Counted from the first letter of the stretch, positions 19,153 to 29,115 are shown. The stretch is 64,000 bases of DNA from an uncultured delta proteobacterium (GCA_963803435.1 CAWDML010000014.1:224001-288000), one strand, 5' to 3'. Numbers and translations are program-made. Notes: a model not told the origin generated them from the sequence alone.

Positions 19153-19506
19153 CGCCTCGACGGGCCGCTCGCAGTCGAACACCAGCGTCCGTCCCTGCCA
19201 CTCGATCTGCATCCCGTTCGGCTCCACGTTGAGCCAGGAGAGGATCCGGCCCAGCAGGCGGCGCCGCTTCGGGCTCAGCGAACCGTCGAGGTCCGTGATC
19301 CGGCCCAGCTCGGCCCGCGGGATCACGATCTCGACGTGCTCCGACCTCGGCCGCCGGTCCTCCGGGAGCAGCGCCGCCAGCGCGCTCTTCTTCTCGAAGC
19401 TCTCGAAGCGGAGGCCGTCCTCGCCGAGCGTGAGCCACCCGTGGATCGGACCCTCCAAGTCCTCGAGCCCGCGCACGTAGGTGGCGTAGCTGGAGAAGGG
19501 GGTCAC
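19123..19506 (-). CDS. Hypothetical protein, last gene of the sugar ABC operon
   Basis: GTGA overlap with the permease stop; 127 aa, beta-rich. Confidence 0.65.
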   Translation of the reverse strand: MTPFSSYATYVRGLEDLEGPIHGWLTLGEDGLRFESFEKKSALAALLPEDRRPRSEHVEIVIPRAELGRITDLDGSLSPKRRRLLGRILSWLNVEPNGMQIEWQGRTLVFDCERPVEAALSGPADCG

Positions 19507-20675
19507 CGGCGCTTCTTGGAGGAGACGTCGAACCAGACCGCCAGGATCACGACGAAGCCGCGGACCACGTACTCCCAGTTGGCGTCGATGCCCAGGAGCG
19601 TCATGCCGTTCCTCAACACGCCGATGATGAACGCGCCGATGATCGAGCCCTCCACGGTGCCGACCCCGCCCATGAGGCTGGTGCCGCCGATGACGACCGC
19701 CGCGATCGCGTCGAGCTCCGCCATCACGCCGGTGACGCCCGGAGAGACGCCGCCCGAGCGGGCCGCGTTGAGCATGCCGGCGACGCAGGCGAGGAGCGTC
19801 ATCAGCGTGAAGACGGTCAACCGCACCCGGAAGACGTTGATGCCGGAGAGGCGCGCCGCCTGCTCGTTGCCGCCGATCGCGTAGACGCGCCGGCCGAACG
19901 GCGTGAAGCGGAGGACGAAGGAGGCGGCCAGCACGATCACGATCAGCACCGCCACGAACATCGGGATGCCGTTGTGACCGAGGAACACGTAGCCGGCGAC
20001 GCCGAGCGCCAGCGTCCCGATCGTGATCTGTCCGGCGGTCTCGCGCGGCGACACCGGCAGCCCGTAGCGCTTCCTGCGCTTCACGCTCTGCAGCACCGAG
20101 AGCACCAGCACCGCCAGCGCCAGGAGCAGGAGCACCGCCGAGACCCAGTGCGGCAGGTACCAGGAGGCGAAGTCCTTGAACGTGTTCGTCTTGTCCGAGA
20201 GCCCGGTGGCGCCGCTGAGCAGGAGCGCCCCGCCGCGGGCCGCCGAAAGCACGCCCAGCGTGATCACGAAGGACGGGATGGAGAAGCGCCCCACCATGAA
20301 GCCGTCGAACAGGCCGATCATCAGCGCCGCCGCGAAGGTGGCGATCATCCCCACGCTGATCGCGATGGCCGCCGCCGCGCCCGGGCCCATGCTCTGGCTG
20401 ATCTTCTCGTAGACCGGGTTCTGGATCTGCAGATAGAGCACGCCGAACAGGGCCATCAGCGAGCCGACGCCCAGATCGATGCCGCCGATGAGGATCACGT
20501 ACGTCATCCCGACGGCGAGCACCGAGGTGATGGTCACCTGCAGGGTGAGGTTCGAGAGGTTCTCCGGCGTGAGCACGAACGACTCGCCGTGCGTCACCAG
20601 CTCGAAGACGACGATCAGCGCCAGGATCACCGCCAGCGCCAGCAGGTTCCCGTTGTCCTTCAAGAACTGTTTCAT
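19503..20675 (-). CDS. xylH: Monosaccharide ABC transporter permease (XylH-like)
   Basis: GMTYVILIGGIDLGVGS, IPSFVITLG, FGRRVYAIGGNEQAARLSGI, ELDAIAAVVIGGTSLMGG; start ATG 20675. Confidence 0.9.
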   Translation of the reverse strand: MKQFLKDNGNLLALAVILALIVVFELVTHGESFVLTPENLSNLTLQVTITSVLAVGMTYVILIGGIDLGVGSLMALFGVLYLQIQNPVYEKISQSMGPGAAAAIAISVGMIATFAAALMIGLFDGFMVGRFSIPSFVITLGVLSAARGGALLLSGATGLSDKTNTFKDFASWYLPHWVSAVLLLLALAVLVLSVLQSVKRRKRYGLPVSPRETAGQITIGTLALGVAGYVFLGHNGIPMFVAVLIVIVLAASFVLRFTPFGRRVYAIGGNEQAARLSGINVFRVRLTVFTLMTLLACVAGMLNAARSGGVSPGVTGVMAELDAIAAVVIGGTSLMGGVGTVEGSIIGAFIIGVLRNGMTLLGIDANWEYVVRGFVVILAVWFDVSSKKRR

Positions 20676-22240
20676 CGCGCGCGCGCGCTCCTCGACTCGC
20701 CCAGGGTCGCGTAGCTCATGATGACCTCTTCTGTCGCCTCCACCCTCGACAGGTCCGCGGCCTTTTCTCCCTCGCGCATCACCAGGATCCGATCCGCCAT
20801 CCCGAGGACCTCGGGGAGCTCGGAGGAGATCATCACGATCGCCACGCCCTGGCGCGCCAGGTCGTTCATCAGGCCGTAGATCTCGGCCTTGGCGCCGACG
20901 TCGACGCCGCGGGTGGGCTCGTCGAGGATCAGGACCTTCGGCTGGGCCAGCAGCCACTTCGCGATCACGACCTTCTGCTGGTTCCCGCCGGAGAGGCTCT
21001 CGATCTTGGTCTCGAGCGAGGGCGTCTTGACGCGCAGGCGTTGCACCATCTCCTCGACCCGCCGCTTCTCCTCCAGGCGATCCACGATGGACCAGCGGCT
21101 GAGCTGATCGAGCACCGCCAGCGAGGCGTTCTCCCGCACCGACATGCCCAGCACCAGCCCGAGGAGCTTCCGGTCCTCGGTGACCAGCCCGATCCCGGCG
21201 GCGATCGCGTCGGCCGGGCTCCCGATCGAGACCACCTGGCCGTCGACGCGGACCACCCCGCGGGTCTGCCGCGGGAACGTCCCGAAGATGCCCTCCACCA
21301 GCTCGGTGCGGCCCGATCCCATCAGGCCGGTGATCCCGAGGATCTCGCCGGCGTGGACCTCGAAGCTGACGCGATCGACCCGGCGCTCCCCGACGAGCAG
21401 CGGATGGTCGACGATCATCTCCTCGACCGCGAGCACCACCCTGCCCTTCTCCACCTGGCGCGGCGGATAGAGATCGCCGAGCTCGCGTCCCACCATCCGG
21501 GAGATGATCTGATCGTCCGACAGCGCGGTCATGTCCTCGACCTCGCCGATCGACGCGCCGTCCCGCAGCACCGCCACCTTGTCCGCGATCTGCCGGAGCT
21601 CGTCCATCTTGTGGGAGATGTAGATCATCGCCACGTCCCGGGACTTCAGCTCGCGCAGGATCTTGAAGAGCTCGGCGACCTCGCGATCCGAGAGGGCCGA
21701 GGTGGGCTCGTCCAGGATCAGGATATCGGCCTGGATCGAGAGCGCCTTCGCGATCTCCACCATCTGCTGGCGGCCCACCGTCAGCTCGCGAACCTTCTGC
21801 TGCGGGCTGGTGTCCATGCCCAGGCTCAGCAGGAGCTGCTCGGTGTCCGCGTGCAGCTTCCGCCAGTCGACCAAGCCGAACGCGCCCGTGGGGAGCCGGT
21901 TGAGGAAGACGTTCTCGGCCACCGTCAGATCGGCGACCAGGTTGAGCTCCTGGTGGATGATCGCGATCCCCGCGTCCTCGGCGTCCTGCGTGCTCCCGAA
22001 GTAGCGGCGCTGGCCCTTCACGTAGAGCTCGCCCTCGTACGTGTCGCAGGACCACACGCCCGAGAGCACCTTCATCAGCGTCGACTTGCCGGCTCCGTTC
22101 TCACCGACCAGCGCCAGGATCTCGCCGCGCTTCGCGTGGAGGTTGACCTTGTTCAGCGCGCGGACGCCCGGAAAGTCCTTCACGATGTCGACCATCCGAA
22201 GGACCTCGGACGTCTGAAGCGCGTCCCCGGCGGAGGTCAC
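20672..22240 (-). CDS. xylG: Monosaccharide ABC transporter ATP-binding protein, two ABC domains (XylG-like)
   Basis: GENGAGKST, LILDEPT, GLMGSGRTEL, LSGGNQQK, DEPTRGVDVGAK. Confidence 0.93.
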   Translation of the reverse strand: MTSAGDALQTSEVLRMVDIVKDFPGVRALNKVNLHAKRGEILALVGENGAGKSTLMKVLSGVWSCDTYEGELYVKGQRRYFGSTQDAEDAGIAIIHQELNLVADLTVAENVFLNRLPTGAFGLVDWRKLHADTEQLLLSLGMDTSPQQKVRELTVGRQQMVEIAKALSIQADILILDEPTSALSDREVAELFKILRELKSRDVAMIYISHKMDELRQIADKVAVLRDGASIGEVEDMTALSDDQIISRMVGRELGDLYPPRQVEKGRVVLAVEEMIVDHPLLVGERRVDRVSFEVHAGEILGITGLMGSGRTELVEGIFGTFPRQTRGVVRVDGQVVSIGSPADAIAAGIGLVTEDRKLLGLVLGMSVRENASLAVLDQLSRWSIVDRLEEKRRVEEMVQRLRVKTPSLETKIESLSGGNQQKVVIAKWLLAQPKVLILDEPTRGVDVGAKAEIYGLMNDLARQGVAIVMISSELPEVLGMADRILVMREGEKAADLSRVEATEEVIMSYATLGESRSARAR

Positions 22241-23307
22241 GGCGTCTCGGCACCGTAGACGGCTTCCTTCGAGTGGTAGCCGGACAGGACGACGGTGTCG
22301 TCGATCGTATCCTTGGTGACCGCGTAGATCGGCGTGACGACGGTCGGGACCTTCTTCTTACCGTTGTCCAGCTCGGTGATCTTGAGCGTCTTGCCGTGCT
22401 TCGCCATCAGCGGATCCGAGTAGGCCTTGAGCGCGCCCTCGTCGATCGGCTCGTTCTTCGCCAGCTTGGCCGCGACCAGCGCCGCCACCGAGGCGAGGGG
22501 CTGGATCGCCTTGAAGACATCCATCGCGATCTGATCCTTCGCGATGGCCTGCACGTTGCGGAGGTCACCGTCGGATCCGGCGATGAAGATCTTCTTCGTC
22601 AGCCCGCGCGCCTCCACGGTCTGGAAGACGCCCCAGGCCAGGCCCGAGTTGTTGCAGATGAACGCATCGATCCCGTCCTCACCATACTTGGTGAACGCGT
22701 CCTCGGCGGTCTGCTGCGCCCGCTCGGGGGCCCAGCCCTCGTGGCTCTTCTCCTCGAGCAGCTTGATCTCGCCCTTCTCGGCGGCCTCGTAGACCCCCTT
22801 CGAGAAGGCCTCGGCGTTGGCGTCGCCCGGCTGTCCCTTGATCAGGAAGACGCGCTTGTCCTTGCCGAGCTTGTCGATCAGCGCCTGCACCTGGAGCCGG
22901 CCCACCTCGAACGAGTCCTGCGTGACGAACCAGTCCACGTCGCTGTTGCTGACGTTGACGTCGTAGGCCACCACCTTGACGTTCTTCTCGTGCGCCTTGT
23001 CGACCAGCGTCGCGGCGGTGGCGTGGTTGACCGGCTGGAGCACCAGGACGTCGATCCCGCGGGTCAGCATGGTCTCGACCTTCGCGATCTGGGTCTGCTC
23101 GTCGTTGTTGCAGGAGTCGAACAGCACCTCGGCGCCGATCTTCTTGGCGTACTCCTCGAAGGCGGCCTTGTCGGCCTTGTAGCGCTCCTCCTGCATGGTC
23201 TTGAGCACGAAGCCGATCTTGGGACCGGAGGGATGCTCGCCGCCGCTGCCCTTTTGGCAGCCGAGCAGGACGGAAAGACAGAGACCGAAGGTTGCGAGCT
23301 TTCTCAT
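22237..23307 (-). CDS. xylF: Sugar ABC transporter substrate-binding lipoprotein (XylF/ChvE-like)
   Basis: Lipobox LLGC; IGF...QEERY.ADK..F, VVAYD, IKGQPGDANA; substrate (xylose vs glucose) cannot be determined. Confidence 0.85.
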   Translation of the reverse strand: MRKLATFGLCLSVLLGCQKGSGGEHPSGPKIGFVLKTMQEERYKADKAAFEEYAKKIGAEVLFDSCNNDEQTQIAKVETMLTRGIDVLVLQPVNHATAATLVDKAHEKNVKVVAYDVNVSNSDVDWFVTQDSFEVGRLQVQALIDKLGKDKRVFLIKGQPGDANAEAFSKGVYEAAEKGEIKLLEEKSHEGWAPERAQQTAEDAFTKYGEDGIDAFICNNSGLAWGVFQTVEARGLTKKIFIAGSDGDLRNVQAIAKDQIAMDVFKAIQPLASVAALVAAKLAKNEPIDEGALKAYSDPLMAKHGKTLKITELDNGKKKVPTVVTPIYAVTKDTIDDTVVLSGYHSKEAVYGAETP

Positions 23308-23318
23308 GGCGGGCCCTC

Positions 23319-24842
23319 TTACCACGACATTTGCGCCTGGATCTTGAAAACCGAATCGTCCGGCTGGGTGATCGAGCGATCGCCGGCGATCTGGTTGGGG
23401 CGGAGCTGAACATTATCGCCATACCAGTACTTCGAATAGGAGAGGTAAACGTCGAGGTTCAGATCCGCCAGCGGGTGCACGCCCAGGCGCGGGGTGAGCA
23501 CGCGGAACGCGAGCGAGTCGTGATCCGTATCGAGAATGACGCGGTCGAAGCGGAGGCTCACGAACAACCAGTCGACCGCGCTCCAGTGCGGCCGGTACGA
23601 GGGCTCCACGCCCCACTTGAACCAGACGCGCTGATGGAAGTTCTCCACGGGGTTCTCGGAGAAGGTGTCGCTCGCCACCCAGGCCAGCATGCCGAACCAC
23701 CGCACCGACAGGCCCGAGAGCGCGCGCGCCACGTCGTGACCCGCGAAGGTCTCGAAGAGCCGCGCCGGCTGCCAGTCGATGTCGCCGCCGAAGACCAGGG
23801 CCTCGCCGGTGCCGTCGTCGACGTCGCCGAAGAAGTTCTGCGTGAGACCGCGGCCGCCGGTGCTGTGGAGCACCTCGTAGCTGTTGGCGAGGAACAGGAC
23901 CTGGCGGACTTGATCGAAGGAGACCAGGAGGTGCGCCGGACCGACGTACGGGATCGCGGCCCGGGCCTCGCCGCCGAACACGCGCAGCACGCCGTTCTGC
24001 ACGATCGAGAACTCGCGCTTGTCGCCGGTCCAGCTCATCCCGTAGAAGCCGCTCAGATCCAGGAAGCCGAGGTCGACGCCCAAGCTCCCCCAGAGCACCG
24101 GTGTGAAGCCTTGGTTGGCGCCGATGACATCCGCGTGCGCGCCGAAGCCGGCCTTCGCGTACACCAGATCGAAGATCTTCGTCTTGAGCCGCAGCCCGGC
24201 GACGTGCATCCGGCCGAGCAGATACGTGTCGTAGTCCGGCATGTACCCGTTGCGATCCCAGAACATGCCCGCCCGGATCCCCAGGTCGACGTGATCGCCC
24301 AGCTTGCGCTCGTGCTCGACGAACGCCGTGGCGAACCCGCTCTGTCCCGACAGCGTCGTCTCCGACCAGTCCGTGAACTGCGAGGCCATCAGCCCCACGC
24401 ACAGACGCGTCGTCTTGTTGTAGCCGACGTTGACGAACAGCTCGGCGTACTCGGTCTCGTTGACGCGCGTGTAGGCGAAGCCGGAGTTGTAATAGTGATC
24501 GTCCACCAGGTAGGGCGGCCGTGCGTTCTTCGGTGAGCCGTGGAAGCGCACCGGCATGCGCACGTAGCCGTGAAAGCCGAAGTCCCAGCCATCGTCGTCG
24601 AGGCCGAGGTCCTCCGAGAACACCGGGCGCGCCAGCGGGACGGGGCCGAGCACGCTGTTGGTCGCGGGCGTGATCTCGGCCTCCGCCCCGAGCGGCGCCG
24701 GATCCGGCGCGGCCTCGGCGGGCGGGGGCGTCTCGGCCGGCTCGACCGCGGGCTCGTCGCCGGGAGGCAGCTCGTCGTCTTGGGCGCGGGCCGTCGCCGG
24801 GACGAGCAGCGCGACCAGGAGCAGCGCGGGATCAAGTCTCAC
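23319..24842 (-). CDS. Outer-membrane beta-barrel, probable carbohydrate porin
   Basis: Signal ATARA, acidic Pro linker, WDFGFHGYVR (cf. LamB VDFHGYAR), amphipathic strands, terminal KIQAQMSW. Confidence 0.65.
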   Translation of the reverse strand: MRLDPALLLVALLVPATARAQDDELPPGDEPAVEPAETPPPAEAAPDPAPLGAEAEITPATNSVLGPVPLARPVFSEDLGLDDDGWDFGFHGYVRMPVRFHGSPKNARPPYLVDDHYYNSGFAYTRVNETEYAELFVNVGYNKTTRLCVGLMASQFTDWSETTLSGQSGFATAFVEHERKLGDHVDLGIRAGMFWDRNGYMPDYDTYLLGRMHVAGLRLKTKIFDLVYAKAGFGAHADVIGANQGFTPVLWGSLGVDLGFLDLSGFYGMSWTGDKREFSIVQNGVLRVFGGEARAAIPYVGPAHLLVSFDQVRQVLFLANSYEVLHSTGGRGLTQNFFGDVDDGTGEALVFGGDIDWQPARLFETFAGHDVARALSGLSVRWFGMLAWVASDTFSENPVENFHQRVWFKWGVEPSYRPHWSAVDWLFVSLRFDRVILDTDHDSLAFRVLTPRLGVHPLADLNLDVYLSYSKYWYGDNVQLRPNQIAGDRSITQPDDSVFKIQAQMSW

Positions 24843-27456
24843 GGCGCTTCCTCCTCCTCATGATCACGATCGCCCCCAAGAGCGAGATCAGGATGATCGC
24901 GCTGTCCACGCCCGACCCCGGGCCGGCGGCGCGGCACAGGGACGCGGGCCCGTCGTCGAAGACGCGGCCCATCATGTCGCCGGGTCCCTGGCTGCTCTGC
25001 ATCGCCATGCAGACACCGCCCATCAGCAGGAAGCCCTGCGCACAGTCGGTGCAGAACGAGCCCTGGTAGCCGGCCTCGCAGGTGCACACGATCCCGTCCG
25101 AGTCGTCGCAGGTGCCGTGGCCGTTGCAGGTCGTCTCGGTGCACGAGGTGTCCATCGAGCAGGCGCCAGCGTCGTCGTGGAAGCCGGCGTCACAAGCGCA
25201 GGTGAAGTCGCTCCCGTCCGGCGTGCACTGGGTCTTGTTCGCCTCGGTGCAGGGGTTGTTGAAGCAGGGATCGGTGCAGTGATCGAAGCCGCCGTCGTAC
25301 GCCGGATCGGGCGTCCCGTACTTGCGGAGCTGGGACATCATCCAGGCGCCTGCGCCGTACCCGACCATGGGCACGACGCCGGTGTAGCGGCCGTTGTCCT
25401 TGTCGTAGAGCTCGGGGACCAGGAAGTCGTTCTGGACCGCGTTGCTCGTGATCTTGGTGAGCAGCTCCTCCGCCCGCCCGGTGTAGCTGCCGTTGGCCTT
25501 GGCCGTCCCGAGGACACGCCAGGCGTCGGCGATCCGGACGTCGAGGAGGATCCACTCCGAGAGGTCGTACGTGTTGGCGGAGCTCTCGCCGGTCAGCGAG
25601 AGCATGGGCTCGAGGCGACGGTACCCGCCGAAGCCCGTGATCAGCCGGCTGAAGGAGTTGAGCGTGCCCAGATAGAGCGGGTCGTCCGTCGTGACCAAGC
25701 CCCAGTCGAGGAACCCGACCACCGATCCGTCGACGTGCACGTCGCTGCCGGCGACGCCGACGTGGCTGGCGAAGCTGTTCGTCGGTGAGTGCACCAGCGC
25801 GGACTTCGCGGTGTCGAGCATCTGCTGCGCGAGCTGGCGGTAGTGATCGGAGAGATCGGTTCGTCCCTTCAGCGCGGCGATGTCGGCGAAGTCGAACAGC
25901 CCGCGGATCTGCGTGGCCGCCGTGTAGCCGAACACCTGGCGGCGATCCCAGTGCACCTCCCAGATGGAAGCGTCGGCGCCGGGAAGCCCGCCCGACTCGT
26001 ACGCCTCGATGTCCTGCGCGATCTGGGTGAGCGCCTCGAAGACCGTGTCGCCCTTCCACGTCTGCGTGTCGAGCCAGCCGACGTCGCAGCTGTTGTGGAG
26101 GTACTGCCGCGCCGCCCACAGGATCAGGCCCCAGCCGTCGGTCTCGATGTTCGGACCCTCCTGGTTGAAGTCGGCCTCCTCGGTCCCGTTGCCGAAGTAC
26201 CGGCACACCGAGACCCGATACGGCCGGCCGAGATAGTTGGTGTCGTCGAAGAAGCCGGAGTCGGCGCCGATGAAGAACTCGACGGCGCGCCGCGCCTCGT
26301 CGGTGTGGCCGGTCATCGCGAGCGCGCTGATCCCGTAGGTCGCGTCGCGAACCCAGCCGGTGTGCCACTCGCCGATCGGCAGCGCCGCCAGCATCATGCC
26401 GTCGTTCTTCTTCTCGCGCTCCCGGATCTGGCCCATCCGCAGGACCGCCTCCGACTGGCGCCAGAGCTTGAGCTCGTTGGCGTTGAGCTGTGAGGGCGCC
26501 TTCGCGGAACGCCACGCCTCGAACTCCGCCAGCGAGTCGGTGTGGATGGTGCCGGCGTCCCGATCGGCCGCGAACGCGGTCCAGAGCGCGAGGATGTCGG
26601 CGACGCTGCGGCTGTCCTTGAAGAGGTTGGCGCGCGGATCGTTCGGGTTGTCGTTCACGAACAGGACCGCCTGTCCCCACCAGGCGCTCGCGCCCGCGTC
26701 GATCGTGACGTCGTGCTGGGTCACCAGCACCTGGCCCGTGCCGTTGCAGCTGTGGTTGTCGCCGATGTTCCCGCTCGACAGCACCGCGTTGTACACCGTC
26801 GGATCGGTCCCGCAACTCGCGTGCGTGACGTCGCCGATCGGCACGTAGATCACATGGCCGCCGCCGGGCCCGGTCTCCACACCGTTCGGCGGGGTGGCGG
26901 TGTCATTCCACGTGATCTGCTCGCCGGACTCGTCCGGATCGACGCGACCGTTGCCGAGCAGCATGTTCGGCTTCGCGTAGATCGACACGGTCATCGGGCT
27001 GCCGCCGCTGTTGGTGACCTTCATCAGCATCAGCATGCCGTTGCCCGCGTAGCCGAACGGCGCGTAGAAATAGGTGTCGATGCCGGCACCATTCACGCTG
27101 GCGGTGCCGTGGATGATGTTCGTCTGCGCTTCGTACTCGATCTGGCTGTAGTCGGAGCACTCGGCGCTGCCGCACTTGTTGATCCACTTGCTGGTCCCGT
27201 TGACCCGCACGCCGAAGTAGATGTCGTGGGCCAGGTCGCGCCGCCCGATGCCAAAGGTGCGATCGTCGGCGCCGGAGGCGACGTAGCGATACGGATGCTC
27301 GAGGAAGTACGTGATCCGGTCCTCTTGCCGGTCGAAGACCTGAAAGCCGTGCCCGTTGCCGGTGGGCATGAAGTACCATGTGCGTGTTTGTGCCCCGGCT
27401 TCCGACGCCGCTGTGACGAGCAGGAGTCCGAGCACGCAGATCAGGGGCCTCGACAT
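24832..27456 (-). CDS. Secreted GH15 glucoamylase-like enzyme with EGF-like Cys domains and MYXO-CTERM-like anchor
   Basis: Signal peptide; WVRDATY, SIWEVH, VPELYD (GH15); CNGHGTC...CTCEAGYQGSFC; LCRAA...hydrophobic helix...RRRKRR. Confidence 0.85.
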   Translation of the reverse strand: MSRPLICVLGLLLVTAASEAGAQTRTWYFMPTGNGHGFQVFDRQEDRITYFLEHPYRYVASGADDRTFGIGRRDLAHDIYFGVRVNGTSKWINKCGSAECSDYSQIEYEAQTNIIHGTASVNGAGIDTYFYAPFGYAGNGMLMLMKVTNSGGSPMTVSIYAKPNMLLGNGRVDPDESGEQITWNDTATPPNGVETGPGGGHVIYVPIGDVTHASCGTDPTVYNAVLSSGNIGDNHSCNGTGQVLVTQHDVTIDAGASAWWGQAVLFVNDNPNDPRANLFKDSRSVADILALWTAFAADRDAGTIHTDSLAEFEAWRSAKAPSQLNANELKLWRQSEAVLRMGQIREREKKNDGMMLAALPIGEWHTGWVRDATYGISALAMTGHTDEARRAVEFFIGADSGFFDDTNYLGRPYRVSVCRYFGNGTEEADFNQEGPNIETDGWGLILWAARQYLHNSCDVGWLDTQTWKGDTVFEALTQIAQDIEAYESGGLPGADASIWEVHWDRRQVFGYTAATQIRGLFDFADIAALKGRTDLSDHYRQLAQQMLDTAKSALVHSPTNSFASHVGVAGSDVHVDGSVVGFLDWGLVTTDDPLYLGTLNSFSRLITGFGGYRRLEPMLSLTGESSANTYDLSEWILLDVRIADAWRVLGTAKANGSYTGRAEELLTKITSNAVQNDFLVPELYDKDNGRYTGVVPMVGYGAGAWMMSQLRKYGTPDPAYDGGFDHCTDPCFNNPCTEANKTQCTPDGSDFTCACDAGFHDDAGACSMDTSCTETTCNGHGTCDDSDGIVCTCEAGYQGSFCTDCAQGFLLMGGVCMAMQSSQGPGDMMGRVFDDGPASLCRAAGPGSGVDSAIILISLLGAIVIMRRRKRRET

Positions 27457-27642
27457 CGTCTACCTGGGGTAGCACATGTGACTGGAACGTCGAGGGCTCG
27501 CCGCCCGATCTCGGCCGTCCGGCCGATGTCAGAATCAGCCAGCCGGTCCAACTTGAACCGTAGCGTCGGGGTCCACGCGCCCGATTCCGCTCTAAACCTA
27601 GATCCGTAGACGAAACAATGGGTTGCCCGACTTGGCGAGGCG

Positions 27643-28710
27643 TTGGACCCTCGGCGCGTCATGGACATCGTGTTTCACTACCACACCCTGCGGAGCTGGC
27701 TGATCGCCGGTGCGATCGCCCTCGGGACCCTGACGCTCATCCTCATCATCCGGGCCGTGGCCACGGGTCGCCTGGCGAAGGTCGCCGCCCGGACCACCAA
27801 CGTCTTCGACGACATCGTGCTCGAGATGATCCGGCGGACCAAGCTCGGTTTCGTCGCGATCGTCGCGATCTACGCCGGGTCGCTGGCGCTCACCGCGCTT
27901 CCCGCGCCGGAGCGGGTCATCGTCACCCGGGTCGCGATCCTGACCCTGTTCGTCCAGGCCGCGCTCTGGGTGAACGGCGGGATCTCGTACGGCGTGACGC
28001 GGCACCGCGAGCGCACGCTCGACACCGACGCCGGCTCGGTCACCACCATCGCCGCGTTCGGGATCCTGGGCCGCATCGCCGTCTGGATCTTCCTCGCGCT
28101 GGCGATCCTCCAGAACTTCGGCATCCAGATCAGCGCGCTGATCACCGGCCTCGGGATCGGCGGCATCGCCGTCGCGCTCGCGGTGCAGAACATCCTCGGC
28201 GACGTGCTGGCCTCGCTCTCGATCGTCCTCGACAAGCCGTTCGTCATCGGTGACTTCCTCGTGGTCGGCGATACGGTCGGAACGGTCGAGTACGTCGGGC
28301 TCAAGACGACGCGCATCCGGAGCCTCTCGGGGGAGCAGATGGTCGTGTCGAACAACGATCTGCTCCAGAGCCGGATCCGAAACTACAAGCGCATGCAGAG
28401 CCGGCGGATCGTCTTCTCGTTTGGCGTGACCTACGAGACCACGATCGACAAGCTCGAGCGCATCCCGGGCATCGTGAAGGCGGCGATCGACGCCGAGGCC
28501 CAGAGCCGCTTCGACCGCTGCCACTTCTTCAAGTACGGCGACTCGTCCCTGGACTTCGAGGCGGTCTATTACGTGGAAGCCCCCGACTACGGGCTCTACA
28601 TGGACATCCAGCAGCGGGTGAATCTCGCGTTGTTCCGGGCCTTTGCGGAGGAAGAGATCGACTTCGCGTACCCGACCCGGACCGTGTATCTCCACTCGGC
28701 GGCGGCGTAG
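27643..28710 (+). CDS. MscS-family mechanosensitive channel
   Basis: GLGIGGIAVALAVQNILGD...DKPFVIGDF...GTVEYVGLKTTRIRSLSGE. Confidence 0.92.
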   Translation: MDPRRVMDIVFHYHTLRSWLIAGAIALGTLTLILIIRAVATGRLAKVAARTTNVFDDIVLEMIRRTKLGFVAIVAIYAGSLALTALPAPERVIVTRVAILTLFVQAALWVNGGISYGVTRHRERTLDTDAGSVTTIAAFGILGRIAVWIFLALAILQNFGIQISALITGLGIGGIAVALAVQNILGDVLASLSIVLDKPFVIGDFLVVGDTVGTVEYVGLKTTRIRSLSGEQMVVSNNDLLQSRIRNYKRMQSRRIVFSFGVTYETTIDKLERIPGIVKAAIDAEAQSRFDRCHFFKYGDSSLDFEAVYYVEAPDYGLYMDIQQRVNLALFRAFAEEEIDFAYPTRTVYLHSAAA

Positions 28711-28722
28711 GCAAATGGATCC

Positions 28723-28750
28723 GAAACACTCAGAGTCACCTACCCGATAA
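28723..28750 (+). promoter_or_regulatory. Putative alternative-sigma (sigma28-like) promoter GAAAC-N15-CCCGATAA
   Basis: -10 differs by one base from FliA GCCGATAA; followed by AGGAGG and ATG 28771. Confidence 0.4.
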
Positions 28751-28770
28751 CCACGGCAGGAGGACCCGCC

Positions 28771-29070
28771 ATGCTCAGGAAGACCGACGCGACTGGAACC
28801 GGCGAGATTACGACCGATCAGGGCCTAGGCGACTACACGAAGGCGCGCGAGGCCCAGGTGATGCGGCTCTTGAACGCGTTTGCGCCGGGGAAGTGGGAGC
28901 TGGTCCCGGGCCACACCCAGCTCACCGGGCTGGGCGATCGGCTCAACGGCACGGTGATGATCCAGGCCAAGGGCGGCATGGCGCCGCGCCACGTCACCAA
29001 GTACCTCTCCGTCCAGGACGGCGTGCTCCAGACCCAGGGCCTCAATCTCCAAACCCCCTGGTTCTGCTAG
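28771..29070 (+). CDS. Small hypothetical protein
   Basis: Strong RBS AGGAGG, 99 aa, genome-typical codon usage. Confidence 0.7.
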   Translation: MLRKTDATGTGEITTDQGLGDYTKAREAQVMRLLNAFAPGKWELVPGHTQLTGLGDRLNGTVMIQAKGGMAPRHVTKYLSVQDGVLQTQGLNLQTPWFC

Positions 29071-29078
29071 GCAACCCC

Positions 29079-29097
29079 CCGATCTCGAAGAGATCGG
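29079..29097 (+). terminator. Intergenic hairpin (no U-tract)
   Basis: CCGATCTC-GAA-GAGATCGG, perfect 8 bp stem. Confidence 0.35.
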
Positions 29098-29115
29098 CAT
29101 CACGGGGAGGTCAGG

